Shown here: positions 1 to 8,811 of the stretch, one piece after another
How positions within the stretch are numbered: the first letter of the stretch is position 1
How the letters are laid out: every line of letters begins with the position of its first letter
Source of the DNA: Promethearchaeota archaeon
GTDB lineage: Archaea > Asgardarchaeota > Lokiarchaeia > Sigyniarchaeales > SOKP01
Assembly: GCA_018238625.1 (NCBI GenBank)
Contig: JABCSY010000063.1
Location: forward strand, 1 to 23,320
Direction: 5' to 3'
Length of the DNA stretch: 23,320 nucleotides
Notes under the pieces: generated by a model
Databases searched by the model: none
Told to the model about the DNA's origin: nothing
What the model saw: only the letters and a program-made list of their open reading frames with translations
Program-made: the position numbers and the translations under genes

Positions 1-101
1 ATCTTGATAATCTAGAGAATTAATATAAGTGTATCCAGCAATTTTTGTATTTATAAACACATCGAGCTTCTCCTTTTTAATAAATTTTAAACGATAATTT
101 A

Positions 102-857
102 ATGAAGCAACTTGACACAAATACGGAGGCCCTTACCGGAATAAGGCAAGGAAATAATAATATTCTTGTAGCTGCTAATTGTTACACAACTTCAAAAAAT
201 GCCTCCGCAACAGTAAGATTGAGTGTTAGGTATAAGCCAATAATTGATCAGAATCAATTATTGGCAATGACCGATGAAGATATTGAATTTGAAGCATTGT
301 TGGGCAAGTCATTGCTTGAGAACACCTTGAAAAAGATAGATGCTTCCACATTAGTCACGGACTATAAAAAGACCAGAAAAAACCTGAATTCATTTGCCTG
401 TTTTGAAACAGTATATATCTTAAATAATAAAGAAAGGATGCTGCTTTTTATAGTTCCATTGGGTGACAGGCGTATAAAACTTCATTTATCATATAAATTA
501 TCAGAGGAAAATTATCTAAAGCCAACGATAATGCACATCATTGACTCCCTTTCAATAAGAAAAGCTACTGTTGATGGTACGGATGCAGAAGAAAAATTTT
601 CGAGGTACGAGAAGCAGGACTATTGGTTTTCGATTATGTATCCTGCAACCTGGAAGTTAGAAGAAAAAAAGCTTGGTTATAAATTTACTGCTAAATTTCT
701 TGGCAAAAGGGGAAATATCGTTGTAGCTGTGAAGGATCCAATGGATTTCCATAAAAAAACAATTGGTTTAATCAAGGAAGCAAATTTAAGTGCAAAACAA
801 TTAGAAGATTTGAAGAAGAGAATATTTAAAGCTTTTAAAATAGGATTAAAGAAATAG
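102..857 (+). CDS. PsbP/DcrB-like repeat protein, probably a fragment
   Basis: 251-aa ORF. YEKQDYWFSIMYPATWK matches the Y-x4-FSI-xYP-x2-W start of PsbP/DcrB-like domains. The preceding YLKPTIMHIIDSLSI resembles the end of such a domain. Confidence 0.5.
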   Translation: MKQLDTNTEALTGIRQGNNNILVAANCYTTSKNASATVRLSVRYKPIIDQNQLLAMTDEDIEFEALLGKSLLENTLKKIDASTLVTDYKKTRKNLNSFACFETVYILNNKERMLLFIVPLGDRRIKLHLSYKLSEENYLKPTIMHIIDSLSIRKATVDGTDAEEKFSRYEKQDYWFSIMYPATWKLEEKKLGYKFTAKFLGKRGNIVVAVKDPMDFHKKTIGLIKEANLSAKQLEDLKKRIFKAFKIGLKK

Positions 858-864
858 TAAATTT

Positions 865-873
865 AAAAAAAAA
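865..873 (-). terminator. oligo-T archaeal terminator candidate
   Basis: A9 on + (T9 on -) directly after the TGA at 876-874 of the frameshifted membrane gene. Confidence 0.45.
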
Positions 874-1217
874 TCACAACAATAAAGGGAGACAAGGTGT
901 CCATCCCACTAACATGCCCATAACAATACCGCTTAATAAACAGGTTATTTTTTTCTTATGATCGCGATTGTTGTCGTTAATTAAATACCATACGCTTAAA
1001 ACGACATTCAATATAGTTCCATTTTATAAATTCCCCTTAATTTTACAAGCGTTAACGTTCCTATTACTAACAATATAAATGCAAAGATAAATTTCATGTT
1101 AAGAAAGAAAATTATTGCAAAATCGTTAATTAATTTGCAGAAACTATTCAAGCTAGCCAAAAATTGATCTAAAATATCTTCTGGTGAAATAAAGTTTTGA
1201 TTAATTCTATAATTCAT
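874..1217 (-). pseudogene. frameshifted small membrane protein (69-aa ORF plus 49-aa downstream part in the -1 frame)
   Basis: ORF 1217-1008 has a hydrophobic helix. A -1 shift at the A4 run (1025-1022) continues as NGTILNVVLSVWYLINDNNRDHKKKITCLLSGIVMGMLVGWTPCLPLLL*, with two more hydrophobic segments, a stop at 876-874 and then a T-run. Confidence 0.6.
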
Positions 1218-1273
1218 TATTAACTATTTTATAATCTAATATATAATATAAACCAAAATTACTATCGAGCTAA

Positions 1274-1329
1274 TTTCGTATTACATTAAAGCGTTTTCGT
1301 ATTACAATCCAAAGATTTTTTGCATTACG
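1274..1329. repeat. direct repeats TTTCGTATTACA x2 plus a degenerate third copy, possible operator
   Basis: Exact 12-mers at 1274-1285 and 1295-1306 (21-bp period). TTTTGCATTACG at 1318-1329. They lie upstream of a TATA-like tract (~1238-1253) for the 1217 start. Confidence 0.55.
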
Positions 1330-1509
1330 CTTTTAAAAATCGTAAAAGCAATTAAATTAAGAGAGAGAAGGTTATTCTATATTATTAAAAAAATAGGTTT
1401 TTAAAATTTTCGAGAAAGGAAAATATAATTCTCATTCCAATCCCTTCTTTATCCTTTTTCTATAAGATTAAATTAAATTTTTATCATTTGGTCTATTATA
1501 ATATAAATT

Positions 1510-2205
1510 TTATGGCTTATATGTTAATTCGGGATAGATTTTTAATAAAGCATGGTCAAAATATGACGTAATTTCGAATGAGAGACCAAAATATTTAAAA
1601 ATTAGTTCTTGTGTAAGATTTAATTTTTCTCCATATCTTTGATTTGAATTTGGAAAATTATCTAAATATTTTTGGTTGATTGTTCCATTTCCATGAGTAA
1701 ATAAGTTTCTAATTATTTTAAACTTCTGCACTTCATCGATTAAATTACTATTTAAATTATGATTTAGATTGTGTAAAGTCTTAAAACCCTCAAAGATGTT
1801 TTGCCAATTATTTCTCATTATAAAGTCTACTGTTTCTTTTTCTGCTTGAATTTCTGACTCACCTGTTTTAATAATGCAATAATTCATGCACCTAAAGAAA
1901 TATTCTTCCATCTCAGAATAAGTAAAGACAAGAACAGCTCTTTTCTTAATATAGGAGTATACACTCTCAGAAATTCTGGGAAATAAGGAAAAATGAAATT
2001 CCTTAATAGATTTAATATCTTCTTGATTTAGTTTGAATTTTTCTGATAGATTTCTTATATTACTATTTATAGATTGTTCTCTATCTCTTAAAAAATCTTT
2101 AAGAGAATCCCTTTTCTCTATATAAAAATAACTATAGAGAAAAAAATGATTGGAGAAAATTCTAAAATATTCTGATCCTTTTCTAAATGAATATTTTCTT
2201 TCCAT
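1510..2205 (-). CDS. HEPN-domain protein (putative RNase, toxin or defence effector)
   Basis: 231-aa helical protein with IRNLFTHGNG, the R-x4-H HEPN motif, near the C-terminus and an upstream YSEMEEY helix. Confidence 0.65.
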   Translation of the reverse strand: MERKYSFRKGSEYFRIFSNHFFLYSYFYIEKRDSLKDFLRDREQSINSNIRNLSEKFKLNQEDIKSIKEFHFSLFPRISESVYSYIKKRAVLVFTYSEMEEYFFRCMNYCIIKTGESEIQAEKETVDFIMRNNWQNIFEGFKTLHNLNHNLNSNLIDEVQKFKIIRNLFTHGNGTINQKYLDNFPNSNQRYGEKLNLTQELIFKYFGLSFEITSYFDHALLKIYPELTYKP

Positions 2206-2600
2206 TGTTAATACCGATTTATTTTGATAATTTGTTTAAGTTAGATGGAATTTTTTTACCTTGTTTGTAATTCATTATTTTTATAGTCATATAAGACTCC
2301 ATATTACTTAAATAATAATTTATGATTTTATGAATTGATAAGTGCTAGTATACATGTTTTAACAACGAATGGCAGTAAACGACAATATACAACGAAATCT
2401 TAAGACTTGTCAATTCGGGGATTATACGCTTTCCACTTCTATTTCATAAAGGGGAAAAAAATTTACTTTTTTATAGAGGATTTTCCAATTATTATTCGTT
2501 AATTCAAATTTAATAGAGTTTTCGAAATTTAATTTTGCAGATCAGAAATAATTTACAGTAGTATAAAGTATTAATCAAAAAAAGTTTATAGGGTATAAGT

Positions 2601-2831
2601 GTGATAACTAAACAAGATTTAGATCAAATACTATCATTTCTTAATACAGATTGGAAGCAAATAAAGAAAGATTATGGTGATGTGCAGGTAAATCAAGAAT
2701 TAAAACTTTTATTTCACTATTTAGGATTTGAAGTAATTCCCATAGAAATGATTATGCATAATGAAAAATATAAGTCTTTAACTCAATCCCCCCATCCAGA
2801 CATTATTTTATACGATTTTTCATTAGAATAA
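2601..2831 (+). pseudogene. short ORF resembling a truncated PD-(D/E)xK nuclease N-terminus
   Basis: GTG start, 76 aa. ELKLLFHYLGFEV...HPDIILYD resembles the helix and PD strand of Mrr-like nucleases, but the ORF stops before any (D/E)xK. Confidence 0.35.
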
Positions 2832-2846
2832 GATATCTTCATTAGA

Positions 2847-3749
2847 TTATAAACCTTTTAAAAGTTTAGAAAAGTTAGGTTCTTTGAAAAACTCGTTAAA
2901 CTCTTTGAGTAGTTCAATATTAACCAAATGTATTTTTTGATTTTGTTTATTCTTGATAGATTTTATTAAATCCAAATCTTTTAACTTTTTCATGTGATAT
3001 TGAATTGTTCCAGAATAAACGTCAAGATTTTCTCCTATTTTTGAGATGGCAATGTCCTCATCTTTAAAAATTTCCTCAATTAATTTTGGGATTAAGGGGT
3101 TTGAAAATATTACCTTGTACTTATCGTAATCCTCGGGAACATCAACCAAGAAATAATGTAAAGATTTTCCAATTTTTTTAGACCTTATGAGTTTGAAACG
3201 CTCTAAAGTCATTATATGTTTTAAAAACGGCGTTCTTGTAATGCTTAATTCTTTTTCGACTCTCTCATCTCTAGCGTGAACACCAGGATTATTTTTTATG
3301 AATCTTAATATTTTTGAGAGCTTCTCGTTGTTTAGAATTTCTAATTTGGTTCTCCTCTCCTTCGTGACAATATATGATTTTTGTTCTAAACTTCTAATGG
3401 CCAAGAATATTTCTTCTTTGCTATAACCTTTCTTATACGCAAGTTTTGCTATGCTCTTTGCGTATAACTTTTCAATTATGGGAAATTTCTGCAATTCGGC
3501 TTCAGAAGCGACTTCGATATCAAAATCAGCGTCGTATCTTTTTAATTTTAAAATTATTTTGGCTATTTCTAAAACATCCTTCTCTACTTCAGTTAATTCC
3601 TCAATTAACTTTCCTTTTTCTGCTATTTTTGGTTTTTTTACTGTTTTAACCTCTTGTAAAGGAGCGAAATTTAAACGCCTAAATGAACTTGCTTCTAACT
3701 CTTTAATTTTTCTGTTTTCTCCAGTTTCTCTTCTTTTTTCAAGCGACAT
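2847..3749 (-). CDS. winged helix-turn-helix transcriptional regulator (tandem wHTH)
   Basis: ILRFIKNNPGVH...FLKHIMTLERFKLIRSKKIG and ISKIGENLDVYSGTIQYHMKKLKDLDLIKS are two archaeal ArsR/MarR-type wHTH units. There is also an N-terminal extension. Confidence 0.75.
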   Translation of the reverse strand: MSLEKRRETGENRKIKELEASSFRRLNFAPLQEVKTVKKPKIAEKGKLIEELTEVEKDVLEIAKIILKLKRYDADFDIEVASEAELQKFPIIEKLYAKSIAKLAYKKGYSKEEIFLAIRSLEQKSYIVTKERRTKLEILNNEKLSKILRFIKNNPGVHARDERVEKELSITRTPFLKHIMTLERFKLIRSKKIGKSLHYFLVDVPEDYDKYKVIFSNPLIPKLIEEIFKDEDIAISKIGENLDVYSGTIQYHMKKLKDLDLIKSIKNKQNQKIHLVNIELLKEFNEFFKEPNFSKLLKGL

Positions 3750-3770
3750 TTTTTATGAAAGTTTTTTTAA

Positions 3771-5333
3771 TTAGGCGTTTTTTTCTAAAAATAGTACAAA
3801 TTCTATTTGTTCCTCGCTATCTAAATATTTCAGCTCTTCTACTATCTTATCGTAATATTGTGGTTTAACGTTCTGAAGCTTGCGTATTCTCTCGATCAAT
3901 TTCTCTGGAATGGTCTCGTATAAATTTCTCAACGCTCCGATGTACTTCAGTTGTTCTTCCTCAGCTAAGAAAGCTAATTCTTCTAATATTTCTTTTCTTT
4001 GTTTTTTAGGTATATCAAGTTCTGATATCTGTTTTCTCAAATCTTTAGAGATGATGTTAAATATTTTTGAGAAGTACTCCTTTACTACCTTCCTATCCTT
4101 CTCGTTTTTAACTGGTAAAAGCGACTCGTGAAGTTTAAATTTAATTTCTTTCTCTTTCTTTTTTATTCCTTTTAATTTGGGAGGTTGTTCTTCAATTTTT
4201 TCTTTTTTTTGATCCTCCTCAAGAACTTTAACTTCTTCCTCTTCTTCTAATGAAAGCTCTTTTTCAGTACTTATTACATGAATTGTCGGTTCTGGGGGTG
4301 TACTATCTTGTTCTACCAATTGTATCTCTTCTTTTTTAACAACTGCTTCTATTGGCTCTACTTTTTGAATTGGAACAATTTCACTTTCTTTTTCTTTTAA
4401 TCTAGGTTTTTCAATTAAGTCGATTGGTTTTCCTACAAAAAGCAAAAACAGTAAAATAGACTTTAACAAAATAAAAATCCCTATATTAAAGAAAGCTGTA
4501 CCTATTGCTCCCAAAATAAAATAACGAAGCGCATCACGACCTGTAAACTCTCGCTTCTCGTGAATTTTAGCTTTTAACTTAAGATCTATAATCAAAATAC
4601 TAACAGGTATTAAAAGAAAAAATAATATAGACATGTAAGTATCCATGAAAAACATTCCTTCATGGAATCTTAAAAAGAAAACATCAATGCGCCCAGAGAA
4701 TGTTCCATAAAGCACAAGTAATACGATTACGAAACCTGCTTTTGCTGAAACATTGTTTATTGAATTTTTTAGTTTAAGACCAAAATTATACAATTTATGA
4801 TCGCTACTTTCATGTTTTTTAATAGAATTAATAAAGATTAATATACCTTTGATTAAAATAAGTACACCAGTACCGTAAATAAAGCAACCTAAAATACCAT
4901 AACAAATCCCATCAAGTGCTATCTCGTCATAACTATCAGATTTAATTCTTGGGGAAATAGATTTTGAATCATATATGAGGATTAACACGCTAATAAATAC
5001 CATTAAATAAGAAGCTATGAAAAGATTAACTCCATTAGTTCTATATATTAAATTGAAAACAAAAACTATTAGTGAAAAGATAACCATTGGAACATAGTCA
5101 AATTTATTCAATATTTTTATTGCGTTCTCAAGTTTAGATTTTTTCTTGTCCCTAATTGAAGACTTGGGATGTATGGGAATCGATTTATCTGATTGCTTAA
5201 ATTTTATTCCCGCCAAAGAGAAAGGCGTTCCACACATTTCGCAGTAAACCTGTGTTTTATTATCTATAAGTTCAGATAACTCCTTTGGAAAACCATAACC
5301 GCACGAACGGCATACATATAGCGTTTTACTCAT
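3771..5333 (-). CDS. membrane protein with N-terminal Zn ribbon, duplicated TM block, charged linker and duplicated helical C-terminus
   Basis: CRSC...CEMC at the N-terminus, several hydrophobic helices, an E/K-rich linker and two similar C-terminal helical units. Confidence 0.8.
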   Translation of the reverse strand: MSKTLYVCRSCGYGFPKELSELIDNKTQVYCEMCGTPFSLAGIKFKQSDKSIPIHPKSSIRDKKKSKLENAIKILNKFDYVPMVIFSLIVFVFNLIYRTNGVNLFIASYLMVFISVLILIYDSKSISPRIKSDSYDEIALDGICYGILGCFIYGTGVLILIKGILIFINSIKKHESSDHKLYNFGLKLKNSINNVSAKAGFVIVLLVLYGTFSGRIDVFFLRFHEGMFFMDTYMSILFFLLIPVSILIIDLKLKAKIHEKREFTGRDALRYFILGAIGTAFFNIGIFILLKSILLFLLFVGKPIDLIEKPRLKEKESEIVPIQKVEPIEAVVKKEEIQLVEQDSTPPEPTIHVISTEKELSLEEEEEVKVLEEDQKKEKIEEQPPKLKGIKKKEKEIKFKLHESLLPVKNEKDRKVVKEYFSKIFNIISKDLRKQISELDIPKKQRKEILEELAFLAEEEQLKYIGALRNLYETIPEKLIERIRKLQNVKPQYYDKIVEELKYLDSEEQIEFVLFLEKNA

Positions 5334-5537
5334 CTAAGCCTCACACTTATATATTTAATAATGCTATTTAATTTTTTTAATTTTTGAAAAATAATTAATT
5401 GATTATAATTGAAAAATAAATAGTTAATTTACAGAAGTAAAGATTTGAATATAAAAAAATTGGAGTCCAGTTTTTAAAAAATTCTTTCAAAATATAGTTG
5501 AAACTTTCGGTTCTTCTAGATAACTTTGTAAAATTAA

Positions 5538-6035
5538 TTATGAAATTAAATATATCCAATCTAATTCTTTTACGGTTTTATGAAGCATATGATCGTCTTT
5601 CGTTGAATTATATTCTATGTTTGTAAATAACTTGTAAGCTTGTTCGCGAGAGGTTTTAAATTGTACTACATCGTCATTTTCACCGTGATAAGCTATAACA
5701 GGCACATTCACCGGATTATATTTCTCTAAATCCAATACTGATGGCGCTAAATATGGCGCTAATAAAATCAATTTTTTAACCTTTTTAGGGTTTTGAAGCG
5801 TATATATTGCACCCATTAGGCCCCCAAAACTTGAACCTATCACTATCCATGAGTTCTTTCCCCTTAAAATTGATGTTAACTGAGCCATTCTCTTTTCAAG
5901 AATGTCGTTAATTGATTTTTTTTGGTCAAACTCAATAAAATCAGGAGTAAGAATTTCTGGAATTAATTTTTTTAAATACACTCCTTTAAAACCTTTGCCC
6001 GAGCTTTCTAGACCGTGTATGAATATAACATTCAT
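5538..6035 (-). CDS. YqiA/YcfP-like alpha/beta hydrolase (esterase)
   Basis: IFIHGLESS, nucleophile elbow GSSFGG, HGENDDVV and C-terminal DDHM. Start moved from 6080 to the ATG at 6035 (MNVIFIHG), which removes the overlap with the upstream gene. Confidence 0.85.
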   Translation of the reverse strand: MNVIFIHGLESSGKGFKGVYLKKLIPEILTPDFIEFDQKKSINDILEKRMAQLTSILRGKNSWIVIGSSFGGLMGAIYTLQNPKKVKKLILLAPYLAPSVLDLEKYNPVNVPVIAYHGENDDVVQFKTSREQAYKLFTNIEYNSTKDDHMLHKTVKELDWIYLIS

Positions 6036-6063
6036 TATTATTAATTTAGTAGAAATAATTTTC

Positions 6064-7137
6064 TCATTTATCCTGATCATTATCGAGGTCTTCTGGTGAT
6101 AATGGGTTTAATTCTTTTTTTAATTCTCTAAATAGCTTTTTCTGACCGAAAAAAATTAAAAGGAAAAGGATAGCAAAATAAATAGTTACTATAATGAGTG
6201 TCAAGAAATAATAGGTTTTTGTAAACGACATGAAATGCAGCGCAACTCCGATAATAAAACCCGTAAGCAACCGAGATTCCGTAGTGCTTTTCCTAAATAA
6301 GAGTTTTTGAGTTCCCCAATCTATCATCCCCGGTATTGGAAAGATGATTATTATAAGTAAAGCTATTTCAGCGCTAAATTGAACGTTAAATATCAATTCA
6401 GATAAATGCGTAAAAAATACAGAGATAATAATTCCTATTATCATCCCCGAACATCTTGAACATAAATATATTTTTGTCCTTCCAAATTGAAAATAAAATG
6501 TATGGTCGCTAGCTTCAACTGGGTGATGTGTTAAGAGGACATAGTATAGATGGCGTTCTTTTGATGCTAACAATTTATCGTAGATAATTAAAAGAATAGG
6601 TATTGAAAAAATGGTTGATATAAGCGTTTGCAAGAAAAATTTAAACCCAAAGTTGATAAAAATAGTTTCCAATTCTAAAGGACTTGAATATAGCGAAAGT
6701 TGGAATACAATAATTAAAAACATCACAATAAACGAATTGATTACCAATAACAAAAAAGTGTAATAAACAACCATACCTTTTTGATATTTTAAAGGCTTAT
6801 ATTTATATAAACCGGCTATTAAACCATAAATAGCCACGACAAGGCACCAATCTAAGTAAATATTGTTGTAAAACGCGAATTGGTATAGGAGTTCACCTAA
6901 AAAGCCCGCTATAAACGCTTGAATTGGACCGGCTATTATCGAAAAAAATGTAAAAATTAATAACAACAACCCAAAAATTATTGAAAACTCATTAATTCCA
7001 ATATAGGGTGTGGAAATTGAACCAAAAACTTCCGATATATACATATAACTCATAATAATAAAAACTGTTATGAGAATGTTCATAAATATCGATCTTAAGC
7101 TAAATTTTGGCGTCTTTTTAGCGGTGTCAACGCTCAT
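6064..7137 (-). CDS. polytopic membrane protein: ECF S-component-like N-half fused to DUF2085-like C-half
   Basis: SIIAGPIQAFIAGFLGELL...YGLIAGL resembles ECF S-components. THHP...HTF...LCSRCSGMIIG...PGMIDWGTQ...SRLLTGFIIG resembles DUF2085. Confidence 0.65.
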   Translation of the reverse strand: MSVDTAKKTPKFSLRSIFMNILITVFIIMSYMYISEVFGSISTPYIGINEFSIIFGLLLLIFTFFSIIAGPIQAFIAGFLGELLYQFAFYNNIYLDWCLVVAIYGLIAGLYKYKPLKYQKGMVVYYTFLLLVINSFIVMFLIIVFQLSLYSSPLELETIFINFGFKFFLQTLISTIFSIPILLIIYDKLLASKERHLYYVLLTHHPVEASDHTFYFQFGRTKIYLCSRCSGMIIGIIISVFFTHLSELIFNVQFSAEIALLIIIIFPIPGMIDWGTQKLLFRKSTTESRLLTGFIIGVALHFMSFTKTYYFLTLIIVTIYFAILFLLIFFGQKKLFRELKKELNPLSPEDLDNDQDK

Positions 7138-7174
7138 GTTAATCGCTCTTTAATACTAATAAAGGAAAAATAAA

Positions 7175-7852
7175 TTATGTGGGTAATTTTTTATGAAAAA
7201 TAAAATCTAATTCCTCAATTAATTTTTTTTTTGTAAGTTCGAAGCCCTTGCGAAGTACCCTTACAATTATATTCCTTCCTGCGGGAACATTAATAATAGT
7301 ATCGTCTTGTTCTACGATTGAAATGCCCTTATCGTTAAAATTTAGTTGACGCATTAGAGCTTGAAGCGCTTTTTCTTTAGTTTTAAAAGTAGCTCTCGAT
7401 AATTCGTTGTAATCTTTTACTTCTTCATTAACCTGTAAAAATAATATACACTCCTCTAATTGCGAAATAAATAGTTGTTTTGTAATTTCTTTTAATTTTT
7501 TATAGTGTTTATGATTCTTTTTACATTGCCTATCTGTCTGGTCATTTTCTAAGTAGCTTGGAAAATTTCTATTAATAACATCGTCAAACTTTTCTTTGGA
7601 AATGGTTCCATTTTCTTCTATAAGTAATTTAGCAGAATCTAGTGCGATTTTTATCTGTTTCAATGTGCCTACGCGGGCTTCATTATCGCTCCAATGCTTA
7701 TAAAAAGATTTTACAATAGGTTTTATTACAAAATTCAAAACTCCCATGTTTAATTCTGAATCTATTAGATCTCTTCCATAACCAAGACTTAAGTCAGTCT
7801 GTGCTATCATTTTTTGTTCTACAATATTATAATTCCTTTGGATATAACTCAC
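7175..7852 (-). CDS. hypothetical helical protein, paralogue A of a tandem pair
   Basis: 225 aa, GTG start with GGAGA (7864-7860) upstream. Collinear with 7963-8619. Confidence 0.85.
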   Translation of the reverse strand: MSYIQRNYNIVEQKMIAQTDLSLGYGRDLIDSELNMGVLNFVIKPIVKSFYKHWSDNEARVGTLKQIKIALDSAKLLIEENGTISKEKFDDVINRNFPSYLENDQTDRQCKKNHKHYKKLKEITKQLFISQLEECILFLQVNEEVKDYNELSRATFKTKEKALQALMRQLNFNDKGISIVEQDDTIINVPAGRNIIVRVLRKGFELTKKKLIEELDFIFHKKLPT

Positions 7853-7962
7853 GATTAAATCTCCAACGATGTTAATAGTTTATAATTTTCTTATTAACCC
7901 TAATTAAATTTTTAATAAATATATAATTTAAAATATATCATAATTAAATACTTTAATTATCA

Positions 7963-8619
7963 TTAAATATAAGTATCGTCTATAGCTTCAATAAATTCCT
8001 TTTTTGTTACTTCAAACCCTTTTCTTAGCGCTTTGCAAATAATTTTCTTCCCAGTTGGCAACGAAAGAATAGATGGATCTTCTTCAATAATTTTAATTCC
8101 ATTTTCAGTAAGTTCTAATTGCTTCATTAAATTACTAGTTGCTATTTCTTTTGTTTTAAACGCAACTCTACAAAGGTCTCCGTAGTCTTTTATGTCCTCT
8201 TTAACTTCTAAAAAAATTTTAACTTCTTTTAGATAATTGATGAAGGTGTTTTTTGAATTATTTTTTAACTTCTCGTAGTTTTTATGATGCTTGCTACATT
8301 GATAAGTAACTTGGTCATATTTTAAAAAATTAGGAAAATTTTCTTCGATAATGTTATTAAAACTTTCTTCAGAATTGCCGTTTAGTAGCAATTTCTTTCC
8401 AGCCTCTAGGGAGATATTTATTTGTTTTAACGTACCTTTTCTCGCGTCGTGTTGTGCCCAATAATCGTAAAACGCTTTGACGATCGGTCGTACTATAAAA
8501 TTCAAGATTCCCGTATCTAATTCACTATCAATTAGCTTTCTTCCTAACTTAAGCGATTCTTCCATTTGAAAAATCATTCGCTCTTTCACAATGCCATAAT
8601 TCCGTTCTAAATAATCCAA
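7963..8619 (-). CDS. hypothetical helical protein, paralogue B of a tandem pair
   Basis: 218 aa, TTG start with GGGGA (8630-8626) upstream. Collinear with 7175-7852. Confidence 0.85.
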   Translation of the reverse strand: MDYLERNYGIVKERMIFQMEESLKLGRKLIDSELDTGILNFIVRPIVKAFYDYWAQHDARKGTLKQINISLEAGKKLLLNGNSEESFNNIIEENFPNFLKYDQVTYQCSKHHKNYEKLKNNSKNTFINYLKEVKIFLEVKEDIKDYGDLCRVAFKTKEIATSNLMKQLELTENGIKIIEEDPSILSLPTGKKIICKALRKGFEVTKKEFIEAIDDTYI

Positions 8620-8811
8620 GAAATATCCCCATGTAAAAAAAAAATCACATAAATGTTCAATTGAAACTATATTGAATAAAGAAAAAGTTCAAAATTTTTT
8701 AACTTTTTTATAATTTTAATAGTTCTAAAAAAAAGTAAGAATAATAATAAGTAAAAACGTTTATAATCATATTAATTTTTAATTATAAAATAACATCTTT
8801 AGATTAATCCC

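Noticed and set aside
1274-1329. Direct repeats considered as a mini-CRISPR array
   Set aside because: The 12-bp units and 9-11-bp gaps are far too short, and there are no cas genes.
2362-2396. ACAACGAA twice, with a third AACGA between them
   Set aside because: Short and irregular, plausible by chance.
3446-4131. Plus-strand ORFs 3446-3649, 3451-3774 and 3880-4131
   Set aside because: Antisense shadows of well-supported minus-strand genes. Their F/S/L-rich composition is what the reverse of K/E-rich coding DNA gives.
5902-6099. 65-aa plus-strand ORF, and the 6080 start for the hydrolase
   Set aside because: The ORF is antisense to the hydrolase. The 6080 start overlaps the upstream gene and adds 15 residues before the first beta strand.
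8656-8708. TTCAATTGAA palindrome and AAAAAGTT-N11-AACTTTTT inverted repeat in the divergent intergenic region
   Set aside because: Almost entirely A/T in a very AT-rich spacer, so not distinguishable from chance without conservation data.
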